A DNA stretch of 64,000 nt from assembly GCA_963662945.1 (NCBI GenBank), contig OY759974.1, forward strand, positions 1,888,001 through 1,952,000, in the 5' to 3' direction. The position numbers and the translations under genes are program-made. The first letter of the stretch is position 1; every line of letters starts with the position of its first letter. Below, one piece after another: positions 19,695 to 30,077 of this stretch. Source of the DNA: Arcobacteraceae bacterium. Its GTDB lineage: Bacteria; Campylobacterota; Campylobacteria; Campylobacterales; Arcobacteraceae. Below the pieces are notes generated by a model. The model was given only the letters and a program-made list of their open reading frames with translations, was not told the DNA's origin and did no database searches.

Positions 19695-20201
19695 ATGACA
19701 ATAAAAATGTTAAATCCAAAAAAGGAAAATGCAAAAGAAATCTTTACTTTAATAAAAGATACAAAAATTTTAGATCTCAATTCAGAATATTTGTATCTTC
19801 TTCAAACAACACATTTTAGTGATTATTGTTGTGTTGCGTTATTGGAAGATAAAGTAGTTGGGTTTGTATCAGGATATATTCATCCTCAACAAGCAGATGT
19901 TTATTTTGTATGGCAAGTTGGTGTTGATAGTGGTATGAGAGGACAAGGATTGGCATCTCAAATGATATTAAATATTTTAAATAGAGATAATTTAAAAAAT
20001 ATCAATTATGTGCATACAACAATAAGTCCAAGTAATAAAGCTTCCCAAAGAGTATTTGAAAAATTAGCAAAAAAGTTTAATGTTGATGTAGAAAAAGAGA
20101 TACTCTTTGAAATTAAAGATTTTTGTAATGGGCATGAAGAGGAAGTTCTATATACAATAGGACCAATAAAAAAGAAAAAGGAAAAACATGAGAATATTTG
20201 A
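19695..20201 (+). CDS. ectA: L-2,4-diaminobutyrate acetyltransferase
   Basis: LDLNSEYLYLL, FVWQVGVD, RGQGLA, TTISPSNKAS, HEEE; upstream of ectB. Confidence 0.95.
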   Translation: MTIKMLNPKKENAKEIFTLIKDTKILDLNSEYLYLLQTTHFSDYCCVALLEDKVVGFVSGYIHPQQADVYFVWQVGVDSGMRGQGLASQMILNILNRDNLKNINYVHTTISPSNKASQRVFEKLAKKFNVDVEKEILFEIKDFCNGHEEEVLYTIGPIKKKKEKHENI

Positions 20202-21468
20202 AAGTTTAGAATCAGAAGTAAGGGGATACATAAGAAGTTTCCCAACTATATTTACAAAAGCAAAAGGAGCGATCTTAACAGATGAACAAGATGTAGAGTA
20301 TATAGATTTTTTTGCTGGGGCTGGAACACTGAATTATGGTCATAACAACGATGCAATAAGTACAGCACTCATAGAGTATTTACAAAATGATGGGATAGTT
20401 CATGGTTTAGATATGGCTACAACTGCTAAAAAAGAGTTTTTACAAACATTTGAAAACTTGATTTTAAAACCAAGAAACTTAGAATATAAATTGCAATTTA
20501 CGGGACCTACAGGAACAAATGCTGTTGAAACTGCATTAAAGTTAGCACGACTTGTAAAAGGTAGAAGTAATGTTGTTGCATTTACTAATGGTTATCATGG
20601 ATTATCTCAAGGTTCACTTGCAGTTACAGGAAACAATGAATATAGAGATGAGAGTTATATTAGTAGATGTAATGCTACATTTATGCCATTTGATGGGTAT
20701 TTTGGAGATTTTAATACTTTAAAATATTTTAGAAAATTTTTAGATGATGGAAGCAGTGGTGTTGATATTCCAGCAGCTGTTATTGTTGAAACGATTCAAG
20801 GTGAAGGTGGTATCAATGTATCAAGTGCAAAATGGCTACAAGAGTTAGAATCTATTTGTAGAGAGTATGATATTTTACTTATTATAGATGATATTCAAGT
20901 AGGAAATGGTAGAACAGGTGAGTTTTTCTCTTTTGAGTTTGCTGGAATAAACCCTGATATGGTAACACTTTCTAAATCTATTGGTGGTGGGTTGCCAATG
21001 GCGCTATTACTTTTTAAACCAGATCTTGATCAATGGAAACCAGGAGAACATACTGGAACATTTAGAGGAAACAATCTTGCATTTGTTGCTTCAAAAGTGA
21101 GTTTGGAAAATTATTGGCAAAATGATGATCTATCAAATGCAGTATTTTACAAAGAAAAAATACTAAAAGAGATTTTAGAACAAATTGCTAAAAAACATAA
21201 AGATACTTATACAATTGAGGTGAGAGGAAGAGGTTTGGCATACGGCTTTGAGATTAAAGATGACAAAACAATAGCTGGAGAAATCTCAGAATATGCTTTT
21301 AAAGAAAACCTTATTATTGAAACTTGTGGGAGTGATAATCAAGTGGTAAAATTTTTACCACCTTTAGTGATTGATGAAGAGACTTTACGAGAAGGTTTAA
21401 AAAGATTTGAAACAGCCGTTGATAAATTATTTGCTAGTAAAAAAGAAAAATTAAGTGAGGAGTTTTAA
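20188..21468 (+). CDS. ectB: Diaminobutyrate-2-oxoglutarate transaminase
   Basis: ESEVRGYIRSFP, DFFAGAGTLNYGHN, GPTGTNAVE, DDIQVGNGRTG, PGEHTGTFRGNN. Confidence 0.97.
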   Translation: MRIFESLESEVRGYIRSFPTIFTKAKGAILTDEQDVEYIDFFAGAGTLNYGHNNDAISTALIEYLQNDGIVHGLDMATTAKKEFLQTFENLILKPRNLEYKLQFTGPTGTNAVETALKLARLVKGRSNVVAFTNGYHGLSQGSLAVTGNNEYRDESYISRCNATFMPFDGYFGDFNTLKYFRKFLDDGSSGVDIPAAVIVETIQGEGGINVSSAKWLQELESICREYDILLIIDDIQVGNGRTGEFFSFEFAGINPDMVTLSKSIGGGLPMALLLFKPDLDQWKPGEHTGTFRGNNLAFVASKVSLENYWQNDDLSNAVFYKEKILKEILEQIAKKHKDTYTIEVRGRGLAYGFEIKDDKTIAGEISEYAFKENLIIETCGSDNQVVKFLPPLVIDEETLREGLKRFETAVDKLFASKKEKLSEEF

Positions 21469-21469
21469 G

Positions 21470-21862
21470 ATGATAGTAAGAGATATAAAAGATATTATAG
21501 GAACACAAAAAGAGGTACATGCAGAGGAAGGACAATGGGTTAGTCGAAGAATGTTGTTAAAAGATGATGGAATGGGATTTTCATTTCATGAAACTATCAT
21601 AAAAGCAGGTACTAAAACACATATACATTATCAAAATCATTTGGAAGCTGTATATTGTGTAGGAGGAGATGGAAAGATAGAAGATCTAAAAACAGGCGAA
21701 GTACATAAAATTTATGATGGTGTTATGTATGCTTTAAATAATCATGATGACCATAATTTATATGGTGGAAGTGTTGATATGAGACTTATATGTGTTTTTA
21801 ATCCTCCAATAAAAGGAACAGAGAACCATGATGAAAATGGCGTATATCCATTAGAGGAGTAG
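21470..21862 (+). CDS. ectC: Ectoine synthase
   Basis: WVSRRMLLKDDGMGFSFHET, HYQNHLEAVYC, CVFNPP...HDENGVY; ATG at 21470 after GAGGAG. Confidence 0.97.
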   Translation: MIVRDIKDIIGTQKEVHAEEGQWVSRRMLLKDDGMGFSFHETIIKAGTKTHIHYQNHLEAVYCVGGDGKIEDLKTGEVHKIYDGVMYALNNHDDHNLYGGSVDMRLICVFNPPIKGTENHDENGVYPLEE

Positions 21863-21864
21863 AT

Positions 21865-22167
21865 TTGAAGTTTTTATATGTAGAAAATTATTTAATTATC
21901 CCACGAGAGAAAAAGAGAGAATTTCTTGTGCTATTAGGTTCCTTTCAAGACTTTAGAGTTACAAATCAAAAGATAGTTTTAAATGATAATTCTCTTATTT
22001 TAGAATTTGAAGAAAATTCTGATATTGAGATTGCTAAAAAGGCTATAGAAAACTTTTTTGTAGATGAAAAAAGTATTTCTATAAAACTAGTGAAGCAAAT
22101 ACTTCAAGATGTTAACAAAGTAATTTTAACTTTTGAAGATAATGTTCAAAAAAAGGTAAAACTATAA
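21865..22167 (+). CDS. Hypothetical protein inside the ectoine operon
   Basis: 100-aa ORF; TTG start preceded by GAGGAG; 2-3 nt gaps to both neighbours. Confidence 0.65.
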   Translation: MKFLYVENYLIIPREKKREFLVLLGSFQDFRVTNQKIVLNDNSLILEFEENSDIEIAKKAIENFFVDEKSISIKLVKQILQDVNKVILTFEDNVQKKVKL

Positions 22168-22170
22168 TTT

Positions 22171-22821
22171 ATGAGACTATTAGCTTACAATATTAATAAT
22201 GAAATTATTAAAAAACTTGAAAGTGATGAATATTATATAGTAGATAGAACAGAAGACTTAGATGATACTTTGTATCATTTACAAGTACGATTTTATAATA
22301 TGGTTATACTTTATGAAGATGATTTAAAAAACTGTTTAACACTCTTACAGTCAAGTGATAATATGAATACAGCGTTTATAATACTGACAAATAAAGACGA
22401 TAAAAAATTTCATCTTAAATGTTTTAAAAATGGTGCATTATGTGTTATTAATACTCCTTATGATGATGAGTTATTATGGGCAAAAATAGAATCAATTCAT
22501 AGAGAAAATTTTGTAAAAAAGATTTATCATGAAAATTATTTTGGGATCGATAAAGAGCAAAAAGAGATAGTTGATTATGAGAATAATGAGTTAGAAATTA
22601 GAGGAAAAGCATATGACATATTGGTGTATTTATATCAAAATAGATTTAGACCACCAATATCAAAAGATGAGATGATTTATGCACTTTGGGATGACCCTGA
22701 AATGGTATGTCAAAATGTTATAGAAGTAAATATCAATCAAATTAGAAGTAAATTAAAAAAAAGATTTCAAATTGATATGATTGATACTGTTAGAAATAGA
22801 GGTTATAAATTAAAACACTAA
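22171..22821 (+). CDS. Atypical OmpR-family response regulator (HsrA/HP1043-like, degenerate receiver)
   Basis: Winged-helix C-terminus GKAYDILVYL...LWDDPEMVCQNVIEVNINQIRSKL...IDTVRNRGY; receiver lacks the acidic pocket, phospho-Asp and conserved Lys. Confidence 0.8.
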   Translation: MRLLAYNINNEIIKKLESDEYYIVDRTEDLDDTLYHLQVRFYNMVILYEDDLKNCLTLLQSSDNMNTAFIILTNKDDKKFHLKCFKNGALCVINTPYDDELLWAKIESIHRENFVKKIYHENYFGIDKEQKEIVDYENNELEIRGKAYDILVYLYQNRFRPPISKDEMIYALWDDPEMVCQNVIEVNINQIRSKLKKRFQIDMIDTVRNRGYKLKH

Positions 22822-22836
22822 TCAAAGGGGAAATAT

Positions 22837-23718
22837 ATGGAAGATTTGTATCCATCAAGAGGTCTAGAAGAAAAGATTATCAAACGAATTGATAAAACAG
22901 TCTATAGTAATAAAAAATTTGGACAACAAAGTTTAGATAATATTCAAAGAGAACAATATGATGAAAATGGTTTTATAGTAATACCAAATTTATTTAGTGC
23001 TGATGAGGTGCAAGAGTTATTAGAAGATATAGAGATAATGGCTTCAAATGAAGAATTACGTCAAAATGAAGAGTTCATAACAGAACCAAATGATGATAGT
23101 TTACGAACAATTTTTAACCAACATATTTTTAGTAGTGCTTTTGAAAAAATTACCAAAGATGCCAGAATATTAGATAAAGTGCAACAACTTTTGGGTGGAG
23201 ATGTTTATATGCATCATAGTCGTATAAATATAAAACCTGCTTATGTGGGAAAATCTTTCCCTTGGCATAGTGATTTTGAAACTTGGCATAGTGAAGATGG
23301 ACTTCCTAGATGTAGATGTTTAACTGCTTGGATTATGTTAACAGATAATACACATTTTAATGGACCTCTATATTTAATACCAGGAAGTCATAAACATTAT
23401 GTTTCTTGCAAGGGAATTACTCCTAGTAATAACTATAAAAATTCATTAAAAAAACAAGAATATGGTGTACCTAGTATTGATGCAGTAAGATATTTATCAG
23501 AAGAGAAAGAGATAGAAGCAGCACTAGGAAAAGCTGGGACATTGGTACTTCATGATGGGAATGTAATGCATGGAAGTCCAGATAATATTTCGCCAATCTC
23601 TAGAACAAATGCTTTTTTTGTTTATAACAGTATTTATAATAAACCATTAAAGCCTTTTGCTACTTCTGAAAAACGTGCAGATTTTTTATGCTTGAATGAT
23701 TATACACCTATTAAGTAG
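22837..23718 (+). CDS. ectD: Ectoine hydroxylase
   Basis: EctD signature FPWHSDFETWHSEDGLP; DLYPSR; MHGS..NISP..R. Confidence 0.95.
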   Translation: MEDLYPSRGLEEKIIKRIDKTVYSNKKFGQQSLDNIQREQYDENGFIVIPNLFSADEVQELLEDIEIMASNEELRQNEEFITEPNDDSLRTIFNQHIFSSAFEKITKDARILDKVQQLLGGDVYMHHSRINIKPAYVGKSFPWHSDFETWHSEDGLPRCRCLTAWIMLTDNTHFNGPLYLIPGSHKHYVSCKGITPSNNYKNSLKKQEYGVPSIDAVRYLSEEKEIEAALGKAGTLVLHDGNVMHGSPDNISPISRTNAFFVYNSIYNKPLKPFATSEKRADFLCLNDYTPIK

Positions 23719-23740
23719 AAAACTATAAAGGATAAAATAC

Positions 23741-25117
23741 ATGAAAGTATGTAAATTTGGTGGAAGCTCTGTAAAAGATGCAGTACAAATTAAAAAAGTT
23801 ATTAGAATATTACAAAGTGATAAAATGAGAAAAGTTGTTGTAGTTTCTGCACCAGGAAGAGATGAAATCTATGATCAAAAAATTACAGACCATCTTTTAA
23901 ATTTTGCAACAGAAGGAAAACATTTCTTTGAACAAAAGTTAGAGATAGATGCGCAACAAAGTTTCGAAGCAATCATTCATAAATATGAAAAATTGTGTTT
24001 AGATTTAGAAATAGATGTGAACTCTATACTTGAAGCACTTAAAAAAGATTTGACAGACATAGTATTTGAAGGTGATAAAAAAATCGCATTTTGTTTATCA
24101 CGAGGAGAACATCATAATGCAAGAATAATCGAATCATTTATGAAAAAATCAAATATAGATGTGCAGTTGATGTTACCAGAAGAGTTTGGTTTTATTTTAA
24201 GTGATAACTTTACAGATGGAAAAGTTTTAGAAAAAACACATCAAAATATTGAAAAATATTTTGATATGAATCAAGATACACTCTATTTAGTACCAGGATT
24301 CTATGGCATAACAAAAAATAGTGAAATTGCTGTAATGAGCCGTGGAGGAAGTGATTTAACAGGTGGTGAATTAGCGTATGCACTTGATGCAGATATTTAT
24401 GAAAATTGGACAGATACAAATGGTGTATATGAAGTTGATCCAAGAGTTATAGAAGATGCCAATGTTATACCACGACTTACATTTAAAGAGTTACGGCTTT
24501 TAAGTTCAAAAGGGTTCAATGTATTTCATTTTGATGCCATGTTAAATTGTAAAAAAAGTAAAATTCCTATCAATATACGAAATACAAATAATCCATCTCA
24601 TGAAGGTACTTTGATTTTAAGTGAACGAGTTCCGATGGAAGATATTGTGGGGATTGCACGACTTGATAATATGGCTTCAATACATATTCAAAAAGATATG
24701 TTATCTGAAGAGATAGGTTTTATGGCAGAACTTCTAAAAGTATTTAGTGAGTTTGGCATAAATACTTATCATTATCCAACAGATAAAGATGATATAGCAA
24801 TATTGGTTGACCAAGAGTGTTTAAAAGGTAATATTAATAATTTGAGAAGACAAATTGAAAAAAGACTACAAACAGACAATATTACGATTACTTACAATTT
24901 ATCTATTATTACAATTGTTGGGATTGGATTAAAAGAGAATAGTTTTGTGATAGTTGATGCTATTTGGGCTTTAAAAGAAAATAATATCTCTTTTGAACTT
25001 TTTGATATGAGTCCATCAAAGATATCTTTTCATATAGGTATTTCCCAAAATATTGCCGATGCTGCATTACAAACACTTTATAATAATCTTTTACAAAATA
25101 AAGAGGAGGGGATTTAA
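23741..25117 (+). CDS. ask: Aspartate kinase associated with the ectoine cluster
   Basis: KFGGSSV, VVVVSAPG, SRGGSDLTG, YENWTD, DPR; ACT-like C-terminus. Confidence 0.9.
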   Translation: MKVCKFGGSSVKDAVQIKKVIRILQSDKMRKVVVVSAPGRDEIYDQKITDHLLNFATEGKHFFEQKLEIDAQQSFEAIIHKYEKLCLDLEIDVNSILEALKKDLTDIVFEGDKKIAFCLSRGEHHNARIIESFMKKSNIDVQLMLPEEFGFILSDNFTDGKVLEKTHQNIEKYFDMNQDTLYLVPGFYGITKNSEIAVMSRGGSDLTGGELAYALDADIYENWTDTNGVYEVDPRVIEDANVIPRLTFKELRLLSSKGFNVFHFDAMLNCKKSKIPINIRNTNNPSHEGTLILSERVPMEDIVGIARLDNMASIHIQKDMLSEEIGFMAELLKVFSEFGINTYHYPTDKDDIAILVDQECLKGNINNLRRQIEKRLQTDNITITYNLSIITIVGIGLKENSFVIVDAIWALKENNISFELFDMSPSKISFHIGISQNIADAALQTLYNNLLQNKEEGI

Positions 25118-25118
25118 A

Positions 25119-25985
25119 ATGGTTAAAATTTTTTTTATTGTTACATTAATTTTAGCAAGTTTTGGATTTGCAACGACAGATCCTCATAAAATAGAAAAGA
25201 AAATTACTAGTTTGGAAAAACCTTTATATAACCCTTTTGTGGAAAATTATATATTAAATGAATTAAAAACTCTTAGAGATGAAAACAGGGATTTAAAAAT
25301 TGACTTACATGAAACTATGGCAAAAAAAGAAGTAGATATCTCAAATAATGCTATAAACTATGCAACTTCTACAATTAATAATATGTTTTATATTTTAGCA
25401 GCAGCCACATCTTTACTTGTAATTGTTGGTTGGACTTCAATACGAGATATGAATGCAAAAATTAAAAATATAGTTGATGAAAAGATATCAAAGGTAATTA
25501 ACGATTATGAAAAAAGAATGGAAACGGTAGAGGAAGATTTAAAACAAAGAAGTAAACAAGTGATTCAAAATCAAAAAGATATTGAGAAAACAAATACAAT
25601 ACACTCTTTATGGATGAGAGCAAGTTCTGAAACAACGTTGAGTGGAAAAGTTGATGTCTACAATGAAATTTTAGAACACAGACCAGATGATGTAGAAGCT
25701 ATTATATATAAAGCTGATGCTGTATTAGATTTAGGGGAAGCAAATTGGGCTTTAAACCTTACAAATCAAGCGTTACAAATAGATAATAATTATGCAGATG
25801 CTTTTTATCAAAGAGCTAAAGTATATAGTGTATTAGGATTTATTGAAAATGCAATTGAGGATTTAGAAAAAGCAGTTTCATTAAATGAACAATATATCAG
25901 TGAAATAGAAAATGAAGAAGAATTTAAAGTATTAATACAAGAAGAAAAAGTTCAACAATTACTCTCTAGACTCACTAATGTTTAA
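25119..25985 (+). CDS. Signal peptide / TM / coiled-coil / TPR protein
   Basis: ATG at 25119 after GAGGAGG; N-terminal signal; TM (FYILAAATSLLVIVGW); C-terminal TPR motifs (ADAFYQRAKVYS...AIEDLEKA). Confidence 0.75.
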   Translation: MVKIFFIVTLILASFGFATTDPHKIEKKITSLEKPLYNPFVENYILNELKTLRDENRDLKIDLHETMAKKEVDISNNAINYATSTINNMFYILAAATSLLVIVGWTSIRDMNAKIKNIVDEKISKVINDYEKRMETVEEDLKQRSKQVIQNQKDIEKTNTIHSLWMRASSETTLSGKVDVYNEILEHRPDDVEAIIYKADAVLDLGEANWALNLTNQALQIDNNYADAFYQRAKVYSVLGFIENAIEDLEKAVSLNEQYISEIENEEEFKVLIQEEKVQQLLSRLTNV

Positions 25986-27218
25986 AGGAATGACGATATT
26001 AAAACAAGCACCTTTATGGTGTTTCCCATTAAAATTAAATTCTTTGTTTTTAACTTGTATGCTACCTTTCATTCCATTTGTGACTAGATTATAACTCATA
26101 TGAAGACCAAGACCAGTACCTTGGCTTTTATGTTTTGTTGTAAAATAAGGATCAAATACTTTCCCAATAATATCTTCAGGGATACCACCCGCGTTGTCTT
26201 TAAATTCAATTTCTACATTATTATTGTTTATAATTTGTGATATAAAAATATATCTATTATCTTCTTCATTGTTTTCAACAAGTGCATCTTTCGCATTATT
26301 AAAAATATTCATAAAACATTGAATAAGTTCATTTGGATAGCCTTGAATATTGATATTTTCTTCTAAATTTAAAATAATAGTAATATTATTTCTTTTAATT
26401 GTGGCATCAACAAGTTTAATAAAACTATCAGTATCATTTTTTAAATCAAATCGTATAGGCTTTGAGTCACCTTTTATAAAGTTTGTAAAATCATCAATTG
26501 TTTGAGATAAATATTGCGAATGTTCATTAATAATTTCACAATATTTGTAGAGTTCTTCATCTGTAAGTATTCCCATCTCTTTTTGAAGTTGCATTCCACT
26601 GGCACTTGTTGTTATTACTGATAGTGGTTGTCTCCATTGATGTGCAATATTTCCTAACATTTCACCCATGCTAGCTAGTTTTGATTGTGAAATAAGTCTA
26701 GATTCTCTGTCTTTTAGTTCACTTACATCAATAATAGAAGATATTCTTACGTTTTTATTGTCTATTATTATATTAGTACCTTTTAATAAAGCTGGTGCTT
26801 TAGTGCCATCCATTTTAAGTATGATAGCTTCATAAAGTTCTGCATTGTCTAACTGAATATTTTTTTTAACTAACTCTTTTGATTCATCAGCAATAAAATC
26901 TAAAGGAGCTTTCCCTAATGCATCTTTTTTATTTTTTATTCTAAAAAGCTCTAACGCTGCTTTATTGAAATCAATACATTTATAATTATGAGATACGATG
27001 ATTGCTTCAATAGTACTATCAATAATGGTTTCAATTTGATGATGTGACTTTTCTAGTTTTTTTTCTTTTTTAGTGAAGTAAAATATCAAGAAAATTATAA
27101 CAATAACAAATATTATAATTTGATTATTAAAAATATTTGAAGACGACTCTTCTTCGGCAAATACTATGTCTACAGAGAATAGAGACAAGAAAAAAATAAG
27201 TTTAATAAACAACTTCAT
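25959..27218 (-). CDS. PAS sensor histidine kinase with a minimal extracytoplasmic part
   Basis: Two hydrophobic segments about 12 aa apart, PAS, NIAHQWRQPL, DNAGGI, GTGLGL. Confidence 0.88.
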   Translation of the reverse strand: MKLFIKLIFFLSLFSVDIVFAEEESSSNIFNNQIIIFVIVIIFLIFYFTKKEKKLEKSHHQIETIIDSTIEAIIVSHNYKCIDFNKAALELFRIKNKKDALGKAPLDFIADESKELVKKNIQLDNAELYEAIILKMDGTKAPALLKGTNIIIDNKNVRISSIIDVSELKDRESRLISQSKLASMGEMLGNIAHQWRQPLSVITTSASGMQLQKEMGILTDEELYKYCEIINEHSQYLSQTIDDFTNFIKGDSKPIRFDLKNDTDSFIKLVDATIKRNNITIILNLEENINIQGYPNELIQCFMNIFNNAKDALVENNEEDNRYIFISQIINNNNVEIEFKDNAGGIPEDIIGKVFDPYFTTKHKSQGTGLGLHMSYNLVTNGMKGSIQVKNKEFNFNGKHHKGACFNIVIPLNISESRE

Positions 27219-27302
27219 AATATCACTTTAAATTTTTATGGTATATTTTATCATAAAATAGTTACAATCACAATTATAAAAAAAGATTAATAAGGAAAAC
27301 TT

Positions 27303-30023
27303 ATGAGAAATTGGAATATTGGTAACAAGTTAATAACTCTTATTATAGGCAGTTCTTTTATAGGACTTATATTAGCGTTAGGTTTATTTTGGTTTAAATT
27401 AGCTGGAATAGAGGAACATGTTTATGAAGATACTAGTATTCATTTGAATAATTCAATGGCAGATAAAATAGCTGGAAAAAGTGAGATATGTCTTTCAAAT
27501 GCAATATCAATTGCTAATGATAATAGCTTAATTGATGCATTGAAAAATAATGATCGACAAAAAGCTATTGATGCAATGAAAAGACTTTCTGAAGTTTTTA
27601 AAAATAATACAAATTTCAAAAATATTAAAATACATATTCATGATAAAGATGGTAAATCATTTTTACGTTCTTGGAAGACTGATAGTTTTGGTGATTTTCT
27701 TTTGGATGAACGAAAAGCAATTAGCGATGTACAAAATACTAAAAAAGCAGTAGTAGGTTCAGAAATGAGTAAAACTGACGTCAATATGATAGGAGTTGCA
27801 CCAATTATTGATTTAAATGATGAATTAGTAGGTTCTGTTGAATTTAAAGCAGGGTATAATTCTATTATTAAGTCTTTAAAGAAATTAGATAAAGCATATG
27901 CTTTGATGCTTTTAGATGAGAATATATTAAAAACAAAGTTAGATAATGACTCATTTCAAAAACTTTCAAAAGTAGGTAACTATATTCTTAATCAAAAAAC
28001 ATATGATAAAGATTTTGCATCTTATATTGCAACTGTAGATTTAAAAGAGCTTGTAACAAATAAATTTATGATGACAGATAAATATTTCATAACAATTTCT
28101 CCCGTAATAGATTATAGTGGTAAACAAATAGGGTATTATGTAATTGGTGAAGATAGTTCTGAAATTAAAGAGTTAGTTGCACAATCTCAAGGTTTGATTT
28201 ATACAGCAATTGGTTTGATTATTGTTATTTTAATTATTATAACTCTAATCATATCTATATTTTCAAGAAAAATAATTATCAAACCATTACAAGAACTTGA
28301 CGAAGCAATTATTAGTATTAGTAAAAATTCAAATACAAGTGCTAGGGTATCTGTAGAACGAAACGATGAGATAGGAAAAGTTGCAAATAACTTTAATAAA
28401 TATCTTGATAATATCGAAGAAGGGATTAAACAAGATACAAAAGTTATTGAAGAAGCAATAGAAATTGTGCATAAAGCAAAAGATGGTTTTTATACTTATG
28501 AAATCAAACAAAAAGCATCTTCACCGCAAGTAGAACAACTTCGTGTAAAAGTAAATGAAATGCTTAATGTGACTCAAAATAATTTAGCCTTGATAGTTGA
28601 AGCACTTATTCAGTTTGGTAATGCAAAATATGATTATACTATCAATGCAAAAAGTTCTGGGAATGTAGGCTCTTTAATAAAAGGTACAAATGCCTTAGGT
28701 GCTTCTATTTCAGAAGTATTGTGTATGGTAAATAATACAGCAATTCGATTATCTCAAAATGCAGAAGCTTTAGCTGCAACTAGTGAAGAACTTTCTGCCT
28801 CTTCAACACAACAAGCAGCAAGTTTGGAAGAAACAGCAGCTGCAATTGAAGAGATCACCTCTACAATTAATCAAACAGATGCAAGAACAAATCAAATGCT
28901 ACAAATTGCAAGAGAGTTACAAAAAACAAGTAACGAAGATGATGAATTGGCACATAAAACAGGTGCTTCTATGGAAGAAATTGATAAAGCAACTAATGAT
29001 ATTGTGGAAGCTATTACCGTCATTGATCAAATAGCATTTCAAACAAATATTCTTTCTTTAAATGCAGCAGTTGAAGCAGCAACAGCAGGTGAAGCTGGTA
29101 AAGGATTTGCTGTTGTTGCACAAGAGGTGAGAAATTTAGCTTCTAGATCTGCTGAAGCTGCAAATGAGATTAAAAATTTAGTTCATTATGCACAAGAAAA
29201 AACTAAAGAAGGTAAATATACAGCAGATAGAATGGTAGATAGTTTCAAATTTTTAAATGAAAAAGTATCTGAAGTTACAGCAATTGTAACAGGTGTAACA
29301 GAAGCTACCCATGAGCAAAAAATAGGAATGGAACAAATTAATTCAGCAGTAAATCAATTAGATAAAGCAACTCAAGAAAACGCTAATGGAGCAGAAATAG
29401 TTTCAAATAAAGCAATGGCTTTAAGTGAAATTTCAAGTCAACTTCTTGCTATTGTTAATAGAACACATTTTGATAAATCAAGGGCAGAATCAGTATGTGA
29501 TGTTAATTTAGTATTTGATACCACAAAATTAAAACTTGATCATATTAATTTTAAAGAAACAAATTTCAAAGAAGTTGGTGAGGGGAAACAGTGGACTGTA
29601 AAAAATCATCATGAATGTGCACTTGGAAAATGGATAGAAAACCATACAAATGAAAAGTATACACAAAATTCTGATTGGCAAGAGTTACTCAAAGCACATG
29701 AATTAGTTCATAGTGGTGTACAAGAGTATATTAACATAGATTCTAAAAATAGAAATGATCAAAAACTTCACGCAATTGCAAATAGTATTGAAGAAAATAC
29801 TTCAAAAGTATTTGATGGAATTGATAAAATCAAAATGCATAAATGTGTTGAATTAAAACTTGAAAGAGGAAGAGATGTGGTAACTCCAATTTCTCATAAT
29901 ACTGTAGAATATAACGATAATATAAAAGAGTATAAAAAAGAAGAAGTGACACATGATAGAAAGTCTATAGGCATCAAATCTGTAGAAGCTAATAACGATA
30001 ATGATGAATGGTCAAGCTTCTAA
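27303..30023 (+). CDS. Methyl-accepting chemotaxis protein (dCache-HAMP-MA-CZB)
   Basis: [34 protein letters not shown] hairpin; C-terminal HINFK...HHECALGKW...HELVH zinc-binding motif; terminal pentapeptide EWSSF. Confidence 0.93.
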   Translation: MRNWNIGNKLITLIIGSSFIGLILALGLFWFKLAGIEEHVYEDTSIHLNNSMADKIAGKSEICLSNAISIANDNSLIDALKNNDRQKAIDAMKRLSEVFKNNTNFKNIKIHIHDKDGKSFLRSWKTDSFGDFLLDERKAISDVQNTKKAVVGSEMSKTDVNMIGVAPIIDLNDELVGSVEFKAGYNSIIKSLKKLDKAYALMLLDENILKTKLDNDSFQKLSKVGNYILNQKTYDKDFASYIATVDLKELVTNKFMMTDKYFITISPVIDYSGKQIGYYVIGEDSSEIKELVAQSQGLIYTAIGLIIVILIIITLIISIFSRKIIIKPLQELDEAIISISKNSNTSARVSVERNDEIGKVANNFNKYLDNIEEGIKQDTKVIEEAIEIVHKAKDGFYTYEIKQKASSPQVEQLRVKVNEMLNVTQNNLALIVEALIQFGNAKYDYTINAKSSGNVGSLIKGTNALGASISEVLCMVNNTAIRLSQNAEALAATSEELSASSTQQAASLEETAAAIEEITSTINQTDARTNQMLQIARELQKTSNEDDELAHKTGASMEEIDKATNDIVEAITVIDQIAFQTNILSLNAAVEAATAGEAGKGFAVVAQEVRNLASRSAEAANEIKNLVHYAQEKTKEGKYTADRMVDSFKFLNEKVSEVTAIVTGVTEATHEQKIGMEQINSAVNQLDKATQENANGAEIVSNKAMALSEISSQLLAIVNRTHFDKSRAESVCDVNLVFDTTKLKLDHINFKETNFKEVGEGKQWTVKNHHECALGKWIENHTNEKYTQNSDWQELLKAHELVHSGVQEYINIDSKNRNDQKLHAIANSIEENTSKVFDGIDKIKMHKCVELKLERGRDVVTPISHNTVEYNDNIKEYKKEEVTHDRKSIGIKSVEANNDNDEWSSF

Positions 30024-30037
30024 GATTTTAAAATAAG

Positions 30038-30064
30038 AAAAGGTTACTTTTGTTGTAACCTTTT
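30038..30064. terminator. Bidirectional intrinsic terminator
   Basis: AAAAGGTTAC-ttttgtt-GTAACCTTTT between the convergent MCP and Hsp20 genes. Confidence 0.7.
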
Positions 30065-30077
30065 ACGTTGAATTTTT

